The translations under genes were made by a program, and so were the position numbers. 64,000 bases of DNA from Candidatus Acidiferrum sp. (GTDB lineage: Bacteria > Acidobacteriota > Terriglobia > Acidiferrales > UBA7541): positions 466 to 64,465 of the forward strand of contig DATFZY010000035.1 of NCBI GenBank assembly GCA_035313865.1. Reading direction: 5' to 3'. Position 1 is the first letter of the stretch, and each line of letters opens with the position of its first letter. Below are positions 38,901 to 47,988 of this stretch, in pieces. The notes beneath the pieces are model-generated. The model had not been told where the DNA came from, made no database searches, and saw only the letters and a program-made list of their open reading frames with translations.

Positions 38901-39914
38901 TCAGCGGCCGGCCGCGGCGCCCAGGCTCACCTGGCTGGCCAGCAAACGGGTGGCATCGGCAAGAATCAGCTCGGAGAGAGCGCCGATCCGCGATGGATCG
39001 CTGTGAGGAACAATTCGCCGAACCGGAATCTGTGAAACCAGGCGAGAGAGCAGTTCGAATTCCGCCGCACGTTGCGCGCGGTCCAGAAGCCAATTCATAT
39101 ACGTATTCTGGACTAGTTCCAGAAGCACATCGCGACTGCTCACCTCTTCAATCCGCGGAGCATTCTCCATTTCTCGCGGACCAAGAATATAAACGGCTCC
39201 AAGAGGTTGCTTGCGGGATTCCAGGCTGGCTTTCACGCCATCCAACTGCAAATAACATTTGTCCCAGTTTGGCGCAATCCGCGGCAGTGCGTCCCGGTGT
39301 CCCATCAGCATCTCGACGGATTCGGGCCACAAACAAACGCGTGGATATCCCGCCTCGACGGCGAAACCTCCACCGGTTTCCTCGACCGCAGCAATATCCT
39401 CGCAAAGAACCGGCAATCCAAGCAGTCCCAACGCCGCCGCAGTCGTGGACTTTCCAGCTCCAGCCTCACCGGTCAGCAGAATAGCCTTGCCGTCCACGCA
39501 TAGCGCGCTGGCATGCAGCGCCGTGATTCCTCGCCGGCGCAAAATGAATCCCATGACAGGTCCGAGCAAATAGGTGGAAAGGTCCTGGATTGTTTGGCCG
39601 TCGCCAGGGATGCCCCAAATGGAGGTTGCCTCGCCGTTCACTACAAAGCGAGTCCCATCAGAATAGGCCAGTTGAAAAAATTTCCCAACTCCCAGAGAAG
39701 TAAGTACGAAGGCAGGGTCCTGCGTTTCCGGAGAGGCTGCAATACTTTGAAGAACCGCGCGTGGCAGCTCGAGCGCTTCTCGCACCCATAAAGGTTCGCG
39801 GCACAACTCCAGGCGAACGCCCGCGCGACACGAGCCGTCAATTTCCTCGTTCAATCCGGGAATTGGAGAATCGGAAGAGAGGTCCAGGCCGTAAGTACGA
39901 TAGCGGTAAGTCAC
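38901..39914 (-). CDS. HPr kinase-like (PadeK/ThcoK-type) peptide kinase
   Basis: YLLGPVMG..L..RG...LHAS, GEAGAGKST Walker A, L.EDI, P...LWP; immediately downstream of the precursor. Confidence 0.85.
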   Translation of the reverse strand: MTYRYRTYGLDLSSDSPIPGLNEEIDGSCRAGVRLELCREPLWVREALELPRAVLQSIAASPETQDPAFVLTSLGVGKFFQLAYSDGTRFVVNGEATSIWGIPGDGQTIQDLSTYLLGPVMGFILRRRGITALHASALCVDGKAILLTGEAGAGKSTTAAALGLLGLPVLCEDIAAVEETGGGFAVEAGYPRVCLWPESVEMLMGHRDALPRIAPNWDKCYLQLDGVKASLESRKQPLGAVYILGPREMENAPRIEEVSSRDVLLELVQNTYMNWLLDRAQRAAEFELLSRLVSQIPVRRIVPHSDPSRIGALSELILADATRLLASQVSLGAAAGR

Positions 39915-39957
39915 GAAAGGCCAGCACAGAGATAGCTACGTATCAGGGAGAGCACCC

Positions 39958-40110
39958 TTAGCCGGTCTTGCGCATGTTAATAGGCGTCTTCGCCCCGTCC
40001 AAAGTCCCCTTATTCGTCTTGGCCCGGGTCATCTCCGTTAAATTTCCATAGACAAGAAGTTTGGGTGCTCGGTAGGGCTTTTTCGCAGATGCCTCAGACT
40101 GCGGCCTCAT
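39958..40110 (-). CDS. Lasso peptide precursor (50 aa; not in the ORF track)
   Basis: MRPQSEASAKKPYRAPKLLVYGNLTEMTR-AKTNKGTLDGAKTPINMRKTG*: YxxPxL motif, conserved G, Thr at -2, core Asp9; ATG abuts the cyclase TGA, with GGGGGA upstream. Confidence 0.9.
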   Translation of the reverse strand: MRPQSEASAKKPYRAPKLLVYGNLTEMTRAKTNKGTLDGAKTPINMRKTG

Positions 40111-41982
40111 TCAGTTTCCCCCGATTCGACTGTACTGAATACTTTGTTCGTTTTCAACGCTTTTCAGCCAATAATCAAGAGCAATGGGCCGCAGGTCGGC
40201 CCACAATGCCAAACCTAAACCCCGGGCGGGGTGAGAAGTTGCGCTGAGCATTCTGCAGTTTACAAACATCCGCAGTCTCTCGCAAGCCCCGTCTTGCAGG
40301 GCCGGCTTCCAACTATTTTTTTCGGAATGGAGAAGGAGCGGGTCGCCTTGCAAAGGCGTCTTGCGGCGGGTGCGTATTTCCTCGGGCAATAGACCTTGCA
40401 TCGAGTCGCGAAGAAGTTCTTTATTCATACACCAGGGCACCGGGGGTACGCGTAGGAGGAAACGGATCAAACGTTGATCGTGCAAAGGAGCGCGCGTTTC
40501 CACCGGCACACCTGTCCAGCCCGAATCTTCGGGCTCATAGATGCTGGGCCAGTACGCGGTGGTCAACGAGGCATGCCCGGCGGGATGAAGCGGATGTTGC
40601 TCTTTGGCGGGCTGCTGCAACTCTCGCCAACGATCGCGCAGATGCCACTCCTGCTCAAAGGTCGGTTCCAGCCACGGAGGATAATCCACCGTTTCCTGCG
40701 CGCGGCCCATCCAGCGCCGCAAACGCGTTCGAAGCCCTGCGCGCAATGGTGGAAATCTGCCGTGACGGAGCATGTACCCACCGAACGACCGCGCCATTGT
40801 GCCCAGGTGGCCTCCCTGCAACAGCTGGACGAGATACGGCCAGGCGCGCCCGGTCAGAATGTCGTCGCCGCCGTCGCCAGTGAGCATCACGCGCCACTGC
40901 ATGGCTACCTGGCGGTAATGCTCGACGTGCAGTGCAAAAAACGGTTCAACACAAGGCTCCGGAGTGCTCAGCCCCAGCTCGTCCCATCCACCAAATGGCG
41001 GGCACGAAGCTCCCGAGAGGATCTCGATGGGAATGCCGAGGTGCTTCGCGGCCCGCGACGCGAGTGTGCCCTCCTCGTCCTCAAAAAGCGGAGTGTAATC
41101 CACGGTGTACGCACGCAGCGAATCCCGGACGCCTCGCGCGACCTGCACCTTGCCGGCGATCGCCGCGACGCTCGTGGAGTCCAGTCCTCCACTCATGAAA
41201 ATTCCCGCCGCGCCCTGCGGCAAGCGGTCCCGCACAGCTTCTTCCAGGTGTCCGCGAAAGGCCTCGATGTACTCTTCGCGCCGCCTCAATAAGAGCGGCT
41301 CTTCGATAGGCAGGCTCGTGTAACGGCGCACCTGCACTTCTCCATTCGAAAAGTGCAGAGCGTGGCCCGCCGTCAACCGGCGCACATCGCGATACGCAGT
41401 GCGTTCGGGATCAGAGCACCAGGATTGCAGCAGAAAGTCGCCGATAAAATATGGGTCGAGCTTCGCGGATACTTCTGGCGCAAGCCGCACGGTGTTGAGT
41501 GTGTTGCTGAAAATAAGCTGGCCGCCAACGTGTGCGTAAAAGAAGGGTCTGGCGCCCAGCAGACTGCGCGCGCACCACAACTCTTTCGCTTCCGAATCCC
41601 AAAGCGCAAACGAAAAATCTCCGATCAAAGTCTCAAAACTTTTTTCGGCCCACAGTCGCCACGCCCGCAGAATCAACTCTTCATCGGTGGTGTCCGCGGG
41701 AGCCTTTTCTCCATGCTGCTCGAGCCTTCGGCGCATCTCCTCGCGCCCGTCCAGCCGCACATCGCCCAGCAGCCAGACTCGGCCATCCAGGGAACACGGC
41801 TGTGCGGCGGCTTGCGGAGACGGACCGGTTCGCAGCAGAGTGAAACAGAATCCCGCCCCGGGGCGCATCCAGACCTGCGTCGCATCCGGCCCGCGAAATG
41901 CCAGGCTCTCTGCCATTCGCTCAATGATGCGGACATCGGGCGTTCCGCCGTCCGGGCGCACAATCCCCGCAAACCCGCTCAT
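40111..41982 (-). CDS. Lasso cyclase (asparagine synthetase-like isopeptide-bond-forming enzyme, C protein)
   Basis: N-terminal MSG instead of the catalytic MCG, SGGLDST PP-loop, LTGDGGD, R.P..D.R, K.LLR..M.GLLP..I..R.K. Confidence 0.92.
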   Translation of the reverse strand: MSGFAGIVRPDGGTPDVRIIERMAESLAFRGPDATQVWMRPGAGFCFTLLRTGPSPQAAAQPCSLDGRVWLLGDVRLDGREEMRRRLEQHGEKAPADTTDEELILRAWRLWAEKSFETLIGDFSFALWDSEAKELWCARSLLGARPFFYAHVGGQLIFSNTLNTVRLAPEVSAKLDPYFIGDFLLQSWCSDPERTAYRDVRRLTAGHALHFSNGEVQVRRYTSLPIEEPLLLRRREEYIEAFRGHLEEAVRDRLPQGAAGIFMSGGLDSTSVAAIAGKVQVARGVRDSLRAYTVDYTPLFEDEEGTLASRAAKHLGIPIEILSGASCPPFGGWDELGLSTPEPCVEPFFALHVEHYRQVAMQWRVMLTGDGGDDILTGRAWPYLVQLLQGGHLGTMARSFGGYMLRHGRFPPLRAGLRTRLRRWMGRAQETVDYPPWLEPTFEQEWHLRDRWRELQQPAKEQHPLHPAGHASLTTAYWPSIYEPEDSGWTGVPVETRAPLHDQRLIRFLLRVPPVPWCMNKELLRDSMQGLLPEEIRTRRKTPLQGDPLLLHSEKNSWKPALQDGACERLRMFVNCRMLSATSHPARGLGLALWADLRPIALDYWLKSVENEQSIQYSRIGGN

Positions 41983-42443
41983 CGCGGCCCCGGCGGCAGA
42001 GAGGACAGCGCCGCGTCAAACGCAGCATAATGCTCGTGGAGCGCTTCCGGCTCATTCAACGCAGTCCCCGCGCGCTCCACCCAGGCATGCGCCTCGAATT
42101 TTTCGGCCTCTTTGCGAACGCCAATGCGCAGTTCGCAAGCAATCCCCTGGCGCCCCAGCAGCCACCACAATGCAAGCGATTCTTCCAGGCAGGTGGGATG
42201 ACCACCACTGTGACGCACCGCGGCGCGCACCATGCGCGCCGTGCTTTCCGCAGCTGCGGCGGGCACTGAACTATCGGGCCGCTCCTTGGGCGGGGAAAGA
42301 AACCTTTGCAGGAAGGCCTGAGTCTTACGAAATCCGCGCAGGCGCAAACTCATGGAAATCAGGGGCAACAATGCCGCCGCACGCAGGAAAAGCCCGCGCG
42401 CCGGGCGCTCCAGCGCGCTAAACCGTCGAAGCCGTTCCCACAT
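41979..42443 (-). CDS. Lasso leader peptidase (B2, transglutaminase-like)
   Basis: TCL..SL...W.L...G...LRIGV...F.AHAWVE; real ATG at 42443 within ORF 41979..42614. Confidence 0.92.
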   Translation of the reverse strand: MWERLRRFSALERPARGLFLRAAALLPLISMSLRLRGFRKTQAFLQRFLSPPKERPDSSVPAAAAESTARMVRAAVRHSGGHPTCLEESLALWWLLGRQGIACELRIGVRKEAEKFEAHAWVERAGTALNEPEALHEHYAAFDAALSSLPPGPR

Positions 42444-42723
42444 CGGCAGGCTGAATCTGTAGCAATCCGTTTTCGACGAGCCGCCCCAGGAGTTCCGTGA
42501 GGTGCAACCGCAGCAGTTCGGACTCGACGTCGAACTCGTTCTGGAGCTCCTGATAGGCAGCGTCAATGCTCGGCGCAGCAGTGACCACCTGCCACATGCG
42601 CGTCCCGGTTTCATCCAGGCCGAAGTAACGCTCCGTCTCCAAATTCAAAAGCACGGATTCCCTATCGAGAAAACGCACCAGCACATGCGGCACCGTTCCA
42701 GCGCGATCTGCGAATGACACCAT
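42418..42723 (-). CDS. RiPP recognition element (PqqD-family, B1)
   Basis: ESVLLNL....YFGLDETG..MW...L..EFDV...L..L...GLL. Confidence 0.92.
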   Translation of the reverse strand: MVSFADRAGTVPHVLVRFLDRESVLLNLETERYFGLDETGTRMWQVVTAAPSIDAAYQELQNEFDVESELLRLHLTELLGRLVENGLLQIQPADVGTASTV

Positions 42724-43040
42724 CAGCCCCGCTCCTCAGCTCCTCGTCCAAACACGCAGGTCAGGCCATTGCGTGCGTCTTGCGTCACAAATTCTAGTGC
42801 TCATATTCTACCGGGGATTCGAGCGGTTCGCCATGCGGAGTAACAGTTGAGATGGAATCAAATTTCGACATGCAGGCGAATCACGATCGCTGCATTACCT
42901 TGCCTCACGGAGTTTCATCCTCTGTGAGGATAAATTCTGCCGTCACACTTTTTCGTGCGCCCTCTTCCATTTCCACCTTTTCGCCCTTCCCTGCATAGAA
43001 TCCTGCGAACCACCCCAACCTGGCCATTTCGTGCAACCGA

Positions 43041-43895
43041 TTGTCTTCGCGCCACAGACACGCTATAAGTTTTGTCGTGCCGGAAGCCGCGATTGCTGTT
43101 GCATCCCTCGAAAAATTGTTTCCGCCCGCGCGCAGCGGCTGGCGCGCTTTCTTGCAGCCATTTGAAAAACCGTCCGTGGTCGCGCTCGCCGGAATTTCCT
43201 TCGAGGTTCGCCCCGGCGAAGCGTTGGCGCTCTTGGGTGCAAACGGCGCGGGAAAATCGACCCTCCTCAAAATTCTCGCCACGCTGCTTCTTCCCACGCA
43301 TGGCCATGCGCAAATCGCCGGACACGATGCCGTTCTCGACCCGCGCGCCGTCCGCCGCCAGATCGGCTATCATGCCGGCAGTGACCTCGGCTTTTACGCG
43401 CGACTCACCGGCCGCCAAAATCTGCGCTTCTTCGGGCGCCTCAATCATCTTTCGGACGCCGCCTCTGCGCAGCGTATCGCGCTGCTCTCGGAACAGTTCC
43501 ATCTCGGAGAAGCACTCGACCGCCAGCTCCGCACGCTCTCCTCGGGAACGGTCCAGCGTCTGAGTCTCGCTCGCGCCCTGCTCCACCAACCGCACGTACT
43601 TCTGCTCGACGAACCCACTCGCAGCCTGGACGCCATCGCTGCCTCTGAATTTCGCCGCTTCCTCAAATCCGAAGTCCTCAGCCGCGGCGACACTTCCCTG
43701 CTCTTCGCTTCGCATACTCTGCCCGAAGTCGAGATGCTCGCCGACCGCGTCGCCGTGATTGATGCGGGACGTCTCGTCACCTGCGACACTCCCGCTGCCT
43801 TGAAGCGCACCACGAACGCTGCATCGCTAGAAGACGCCTTCATGCGCCTGACGGGTCGCTCCCCACATCTCACCGGAGAGGGAACCCCGGAATGA
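43041..43895 (+). CDS. ABC transporter ATP-binding protein (exporter type)
   Basis: GANGAGKST, LSSG..QR, LLLDEPT, ASH; start may be GTG 43077. Confidence 0.92.
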   Translation: MSSRHRHAISFVVPEAAIAVASLEKLFPPARSGWRAFLQPFEKPSVVALAGISFEVRPGEALALLGANGAGKSTLLKILATLLLPTHGHAQIAGHDAVLDPRAVRRQIGYHAGSDLGFYARLTGRQNLRFFGRLNHLSDAASAQRIALLSEQFHLGEALDRQLRTLSSGTVQRLSLARALLHQPHVLLLDEPTRSLDAIAASEFRRFLKSEVLSRGDTSLLFASHTLPEVEMLADRVAVIDAGRLVTCDTPAALKRTTNAASLEDAFMRLTGRSPHLTGEGTPE

Positions 43896-44707
43896 CGCGC
43901 AGCCTGCGCGAGTTGTGGGCTTTCTTCTGGCGCGACCTCTCCATCGCGCGCACCTACCGCACCGTCTTCGTGCTCGAAGCCCTCGAAGCGCTGTTCGGAG
44001 TGGCCATGTTTTTTTATGTCGCGCGCTTCGTGGACAGCCCGCAGCTCCGGAACGCGCTCCCGCAGGGCGGAGGCTACTTCGCTTTTTCCCTAATCGGCTT
44101 CGTCTTCCTCGATTATCTCAACGCCGCGATGGACACCTTCGACCGAAGCCTCGAAGAAGCCCGCGACTCCGGCACGCTCGAACATCTGCTGGTCACGCAG
44201 ACTTCTCTCCCCGTCATTCTGGCCGGCTCAGCAATCTATCCTTTCGCAGTGACAACGCTGCGCATAGCCGTCTACGTCGCCTGGGGCGCACTGTTCTTCG
44301 GGTTTCCGCTGCGCGGTGCAAACTGGCTCGCCGTAGCCGCGGTGCTCCTCGCCACTCTGCTCGCTTTTTCCGGACTGGGAATTCTCTCCGCAAGCTATCT
44401 CCTGCTCTTCAAGCGCGGCAATCCCGCGAAGTGGTTCCTCCTCGGCGTTTCCAGCGTTGCCGGCGGCATGCTGTTTCCCATCAGCGTGCTTCCCGATTGG
44501 CTTCAGATAGTGGCCCGGTTGAATCCTGTCACTTACGCGCTAGACGCTATGCGCGCCGCTCTTCTCGGCGGCGCGGATGTGCAAGCCGTCTGGCGCCCGC
44601 TGATCGTCCTTCTCATTTTCAGCGCAGTCCTTCTGCCCCTTTCCATGGCGGTATTCTCCTGGGCGCTTCGCCGCACCAAAACCACGGGAACTCTAATGCA
44701 CCGCTAG
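43892..44707 (+). CDS. ABC-2 type permease
   Basis: GTLE.LL, FPISVLP.WLQ..A..NP.TY..D..R; about 6 TM helices; ATGA overlap. Confidence 0.9.
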   Translation: MTRSLRELWAFFWRDLSIARTYRTVFVLEALEALFGVAMFFYVARFVDSPQLRNALPQGGGYFAFSLIGFVFLDYLNAAMDTFDRSLEEARDSGTLEHLLVTQTSLPVILAGSAIYPFAVTTLRIAVYVAWGALFFGFPLRGANWLAVAAVLLATLLAFSGLGILSASYLLLFKRGNPAKWFLLGVSSVAGGMLFPISVLPDWLQIVARLNPVTYALDAMRAALLGGADVQAVWRPLIVLLIFSAVLLPLSMAVFSWALRRTKTTGTLMHR

Positions 44708-44785
44708 AGACTCAATCCGTATTGCCAAGATCCGTAGAGGCTGGGCTTGCCCCGCCCTCCTTCGACGGCGTGGATCTCTCATTCC

Positions 44786-44820
44786 AAAAAAAGGCCGGCC
44801 CCGCAAACCGGAACCGGCCC
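44786..44820 (-). terminator. Intrinsic terminator for the que/TPR transcript
   Basis: Minus strand GGGCCGGTTCCG...CGGGGCCGGCC followed by T7. Confidence 0.65.
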
Positions 44821-44844
44821 AATAGAAAGCAGTTTGAATCCTGC

Positions 44845-46008
44845 TCAGGACTTCTTTTTCGCGTTCACCTTGATATCAATGCCCGGAGCCATCTGCTGCA
44901 ATTGTTCCAGCCCCTCTTTAGCCTGCTTGCCAAAAGGTCCGTTGGGGTCGAGTTCAATCGCCTTCTGGTATGCCTCAATGGTTCCCGGCGCGAACTCGGG
45001 CACATCTTTGTTCCCGACTTTCTTTACCGTCATTTTATAGATTAGGCAGGCACCCAGCAGATACCAGGTCTGCGCGCTCTTCGGGTCCAGTTCTGCGGAT
45101 TTCTGTAGAGGTTCGATGGCGTCGGCTCCGCGGTTCGCGTTATACAAGCTGATACCAAAGTTGCGCCAGGCCGTCGCGGCTTTCGCCGGATCCAGTTCCG
45201 CGCTCTTCGTGTAAGCGGCCCGCGCTTCGTCGATCTTCCCCGCTCGCGCCAGCACGTTTCCCAGATTGTTGTAGTAGCCGGGGTCATCCGGCTTCGCGTT
45301 GATGGCCTGCTGGTAAGCTTGCGCTGCTTCGTCATTGCGCCCCGCCAGGTCATACGCTTCGCCCAGACGCGCCCAAAGCAGGTGCTGGTTGGGGTCTTTT
45401 TCCGACGCCGCCTTCTGTGCCGCCTCAAATTCTGTAGCGGCTTTGTCGGATAGATCCTTCAGGTTTTGCTTCAGCGCATCTTTCTGATCCGCAGGCGCCT
45501 TGGACAAGTCGTCTTTCGCCTTGCGCTCCTGGTCCAGGAATCCAGTCCCGGCAGTGTAGTGCGCTTTCATGCCCTCGAACTTTTGCTTTTCCTCGGCGTC
45601 CGCCTTGGTTTTTTGCGCCGCAGCCGCGCCCTCTTTCGCCATCTCTGTCTTGAAGTTCATGTCCAGTTTCGCTTCATCGTTGCTGGTCACCCGGATTTGC
45701 CCCATCTTGACAGGAATTTGCTTTTCATTCGGCGGCGGGAAAGTGATAATCGTCACGTCGTAGACGCCCGGGCGGAGATTGCGAAAACCGTACCTTCCTT
45801 CCGCATCGGTCTTTGCTTCCAGCTTCGCGCCCTGGTCGCTTATCGCCTCGACTCCCAACCCAAACCACGGCTTTCCGTTGATATCCATAATTATGCCGCT
45901 GAGTGTTCCAGTCACTTGCGCCTTCGTGCCCGGCGCAAGCACGCAAACCAGCGCGGCCACGAGCACCGCAGCCATCGCGCAATACTTCCTAAATCTTTTC
46001 ATACCCAT
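44845..46008 (-). CDS. Secreted TPR protein with N-terminal carboxypeptidase-regulatory-like domain
   Basis: Signal peptide, G.I.D..GKP...TD..G.Y....L.PG.Y, several TPRs (YYNNLGNVLA..G..DEA..AY). Confidence 0.85.
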   Translation of the reverse strand: MGMKRFRKYCAMAAVLVAALVCVLAPGTKAQVTGTLSGIIMDINGKPWFGLGVEAISDQGAKLEAKTDAEGRYGFRNLRPGVYDVTIITFPPPNEKQIPVKMGQIRVTSNDEAKLDMNFKTEMAKEGAAAAQKTKADAEEKQKFEGMKAHYTAGTGFLDQERKAKDDLSKAPADQKDALKQNLKDLSDKAATEFEAAQKAASEKDPNQHLLWARLGEAYDLAGRNDEAAQAYQQAINAKPDDPGYYNNLGNVLARAGKIDEARAAYTKSAELDPAKAATAWRNFGISLYNANRGADAIEPLQKSAELDPKSAQTWYLLGACLIYKMTVKKVGNKDVPEFAPGTIEAYQKAIELDPNGPFGKQAKEGLEQLQQMAPGIDIKVNAKKKS

Positions 46009-46092
46009 TTCTCCTTTTGCCGAGGCATACCCTGCCCGGCCTGGCTGGCGGGATGTGCCCTATTATGCCTAATCTTAGCTCTTTTCCAAGTG

Positions 46093-46818
46093 TCAGGAGT
46101 GCGCCGAGACCGCCTGCCGGTAAGGGATGGGATCCGCCACGCCAGCCTCCGCAAACGCCTTCAATCGCAGCAGGCAGCTGTCGCACGCTCCGCAAGCTTT
46201 TTCTTCGCCCTGATAACACGACCACGTCAGATGCAACGGCGCACCAAGCGTGATTCCGCGTCGAATAATTTCATTTTTCTTCAGCGTAATCACTGGAGTC
46301 GCAATCTCGATCTGCGTCTCTGGCCGCGTTCCCACGCGCACCAACTCCTGAAATACCTGGTAATACTCCGCGCGGCAATCGGGATAGCCGGAGCTATCCT
46401 CCGCCACGGCTCCGATGCAAACGGCTCCCGCCCCAATCGCTTCCGCCCAGCTCACTGCTACGGAAAGAAAATGAGCGTTGCGAAACGGCACATACGTCAC
46501 GGGAATCGAGCTCCCATGCGGCCCCGGCGCGCCAAGCTCATTCTCCGGCACCGCGATTTTCTTGTCCGTAAGCGCCGATCCGCCTATCGCTCGAAAGTGG
46601 TCGAGCTGCACCACAAGCCGCTGGCTCACGCCGTAAAAATCCGCAATCGCCTCAAACGCTCGCCGCTCGCGTTCCTGTGTCCGCTGCCCGTAACCTGCAT
46701 GCAGCAGCGCAATGTTCCCGGCCCCATGCCGCTCGCGCGCAATCGCGGTGCAAACACAAGAGTCCATCCCTCCGCTCAGGAGCACCACTGCCTTCGAGAT
46801 TTGCGACCCAACTGTCAT
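46093..46818 (-). CDS. queC: 7-cyano-7-deazaguanine synthase
   Basis: AVVLLSGGMDS, YGQR, TYVPFRN, GYPDCR, TWSCY, CG.CDSC.LR. Confidence 0.97.
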   Translation of the reverse strand: MTVGSQISKAVVLLSGGMDSCVCTAIARERHGAGNIALLHAGYGQRTQERERRAFEAIADFYGVSQRLVVQLDHFRAIGGSALTDKKIAVPENELGAPGPHGSSIPVTYVPFRNAHFLSVAVSWAEAIGAGAVCIGAVAEDSSGYPDCRAEYYQVFQELVRVGTRPETQIEIATPVITLKKNEIIRRGITLGAPLHLTWSCYQGEEKACGACDSCLLRLKAFAEAGVADPIPYRQAVSAHS

Positions 46819-47012
46819 ACATCCCCATTATAACTCGCGCCGTCCCAACAACTCGCCGCGCGAGTAAGTTCAGGGGGGCAGCACGCTGCGCCCCTGGTCT
46901 GCAAAGCTCTAAACTGGCCCCTTCCAATGTGGGACAGACTATGTGTGAGCTAAGCGCCAGTTTGGAGGAGGGGAGCGAAAAATTCGAATCTTCTGAGTGA
47001 CCCCGGTAACTC

Positions 47013-47708
47013 CTAAACTCCCTTTGTCGCCGGGTCCCACACAAACTTATGCAGCTGAAGCCCAAGCCGCACCGGCAACCCATCCGCAAGTATCCACTCC
47101 ACCACCTTGCGCGCCTCCAACCCCTGCCATTTCCCCGCCGGATCGTCAAACACCGGCGAAAACAAAACCTGCTTCACGCGCTCCGCCAGCCGATGCTCCG
47201 CCGTAAAATCTCTCGCAAACTCATAATCCCGCCGCGTCATGAGCACAAACTTCACTTCATCTTTCGCATCCAGCTCCGCAAGATTCCGCATCTCAAACGT
47301 ATCCGCTTCGCCCGAGTCCGGGCATTTCACATCCACAATCTTGATCACCTCGCGCGGCAGCCGCCCGGTAAACCGCTCGCCGCTGGTCTCGATCATCACC
47401 GTGTATCCAGCCGTAACCAATTTCTCCGCCAGCGGATAAACCTCTTCCTGCAAAAGCGGCTCCCCGCCAGTCAATTCAACAAGCGGCACGCGAGCCTGCG
47501 CGCCAGATGCCGCCGCCTCGCGCCCAGCAAGTTCATCCACTCGAGCCAGCACATCCTCAACACTCATTTTCTTCCCGCCATGAAACGCATAAGCCGTATC
47601 GCACCACGTGCACCGCAAATTGCAGCCAGTCAGCCGCACAAAAACACACGGCAACCCCGCCCGTGTCCCTTCGCCCTGAATCGATTTGAAAATTTCGGTT
47701 ATGAACAT
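47013..47708 (-). CDS. queE: 7-carboxy-7-deazaguanine synthase (radical SAM)
   Basis: EIF.SIQGEG, GCNLRCTWCDT, TGGEPL, ETSG, QLHK. Confidence 0.95.
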   Translation of the reverse strand: MFITEIFKSIQGEGTRAGLPCVFVRLTGCNLRCTWCDTAYAFHGGKKMSVEDVLARVDELAGREAAASGAQARVPLVELTGGEPLLQEEVYPLAEKLVTAGYTVMIETSGERFTGRLPREVIKIVDVKCPDSGEADTFEMRNLAELDAKDEVKFVLMTRRDYEFARDFTAEHRLAERVKQVLFSPVFDDPAGKWQGLEARKVVEWILADGLPVRLGLQLHKFVWDPATKGV

Positions 47709-47773
47709 ATGGAGTGCGGCAGCTTGATGCCGCCTTTCTTACCGCGCAAAATTCTGCGTCGAATTGTTTCGCT

Positions 47774-47965
47774 CTACCTCGGCCCCGAAGTTTTCTCGCG
47801 GGCCGCCCCTCGCCCGAACCACCACAGCGCGCCCCCGACAAACGCAAACGGCAAAATCAACCTCCAATAACCCGGCGGAGTCCCGCCCATCAGCCGAAAC
47901 ACAACAACATATCCAATCGCAACCAGAACCGCCGGAATCAAGACGATGTAGAACGCGCGATTCAT
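47774..47965 (-). CDS. Small two-TM membrane protein
   Basis: 63 aa, two hydrophobic segments, GAGAG upstream, lies within the que operon. Confidence 0.6.
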   Translation of the reverse strand: MNRAFYIVLIPAVLVAIGYVVVFRLMGGTPPGYWRLILPFAFVGGALWWFGRGAAREKTSGPR

Positions 47966-47988
47966 CGACTCATCTCTCGCGGAAACGC

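Noticed and set aside
37454-39484. 676-aa plus-strand ORF
   Set aside because: Antisense shadow of the nucleotidyltransferase, methyltransferase and kinase genes; no recognisable motifs.
40111-41982. Housekeeping asparagine synthetase AsnB
   Set aside because: It lacks the N-terminal catalytic Cys and is coupled to B1, B2 and a precursor.
42724-43040. Second lasso precursor upstream of B1
   Set aside because: No short ORF with YxxPxL and Thr-2 was found by eye.
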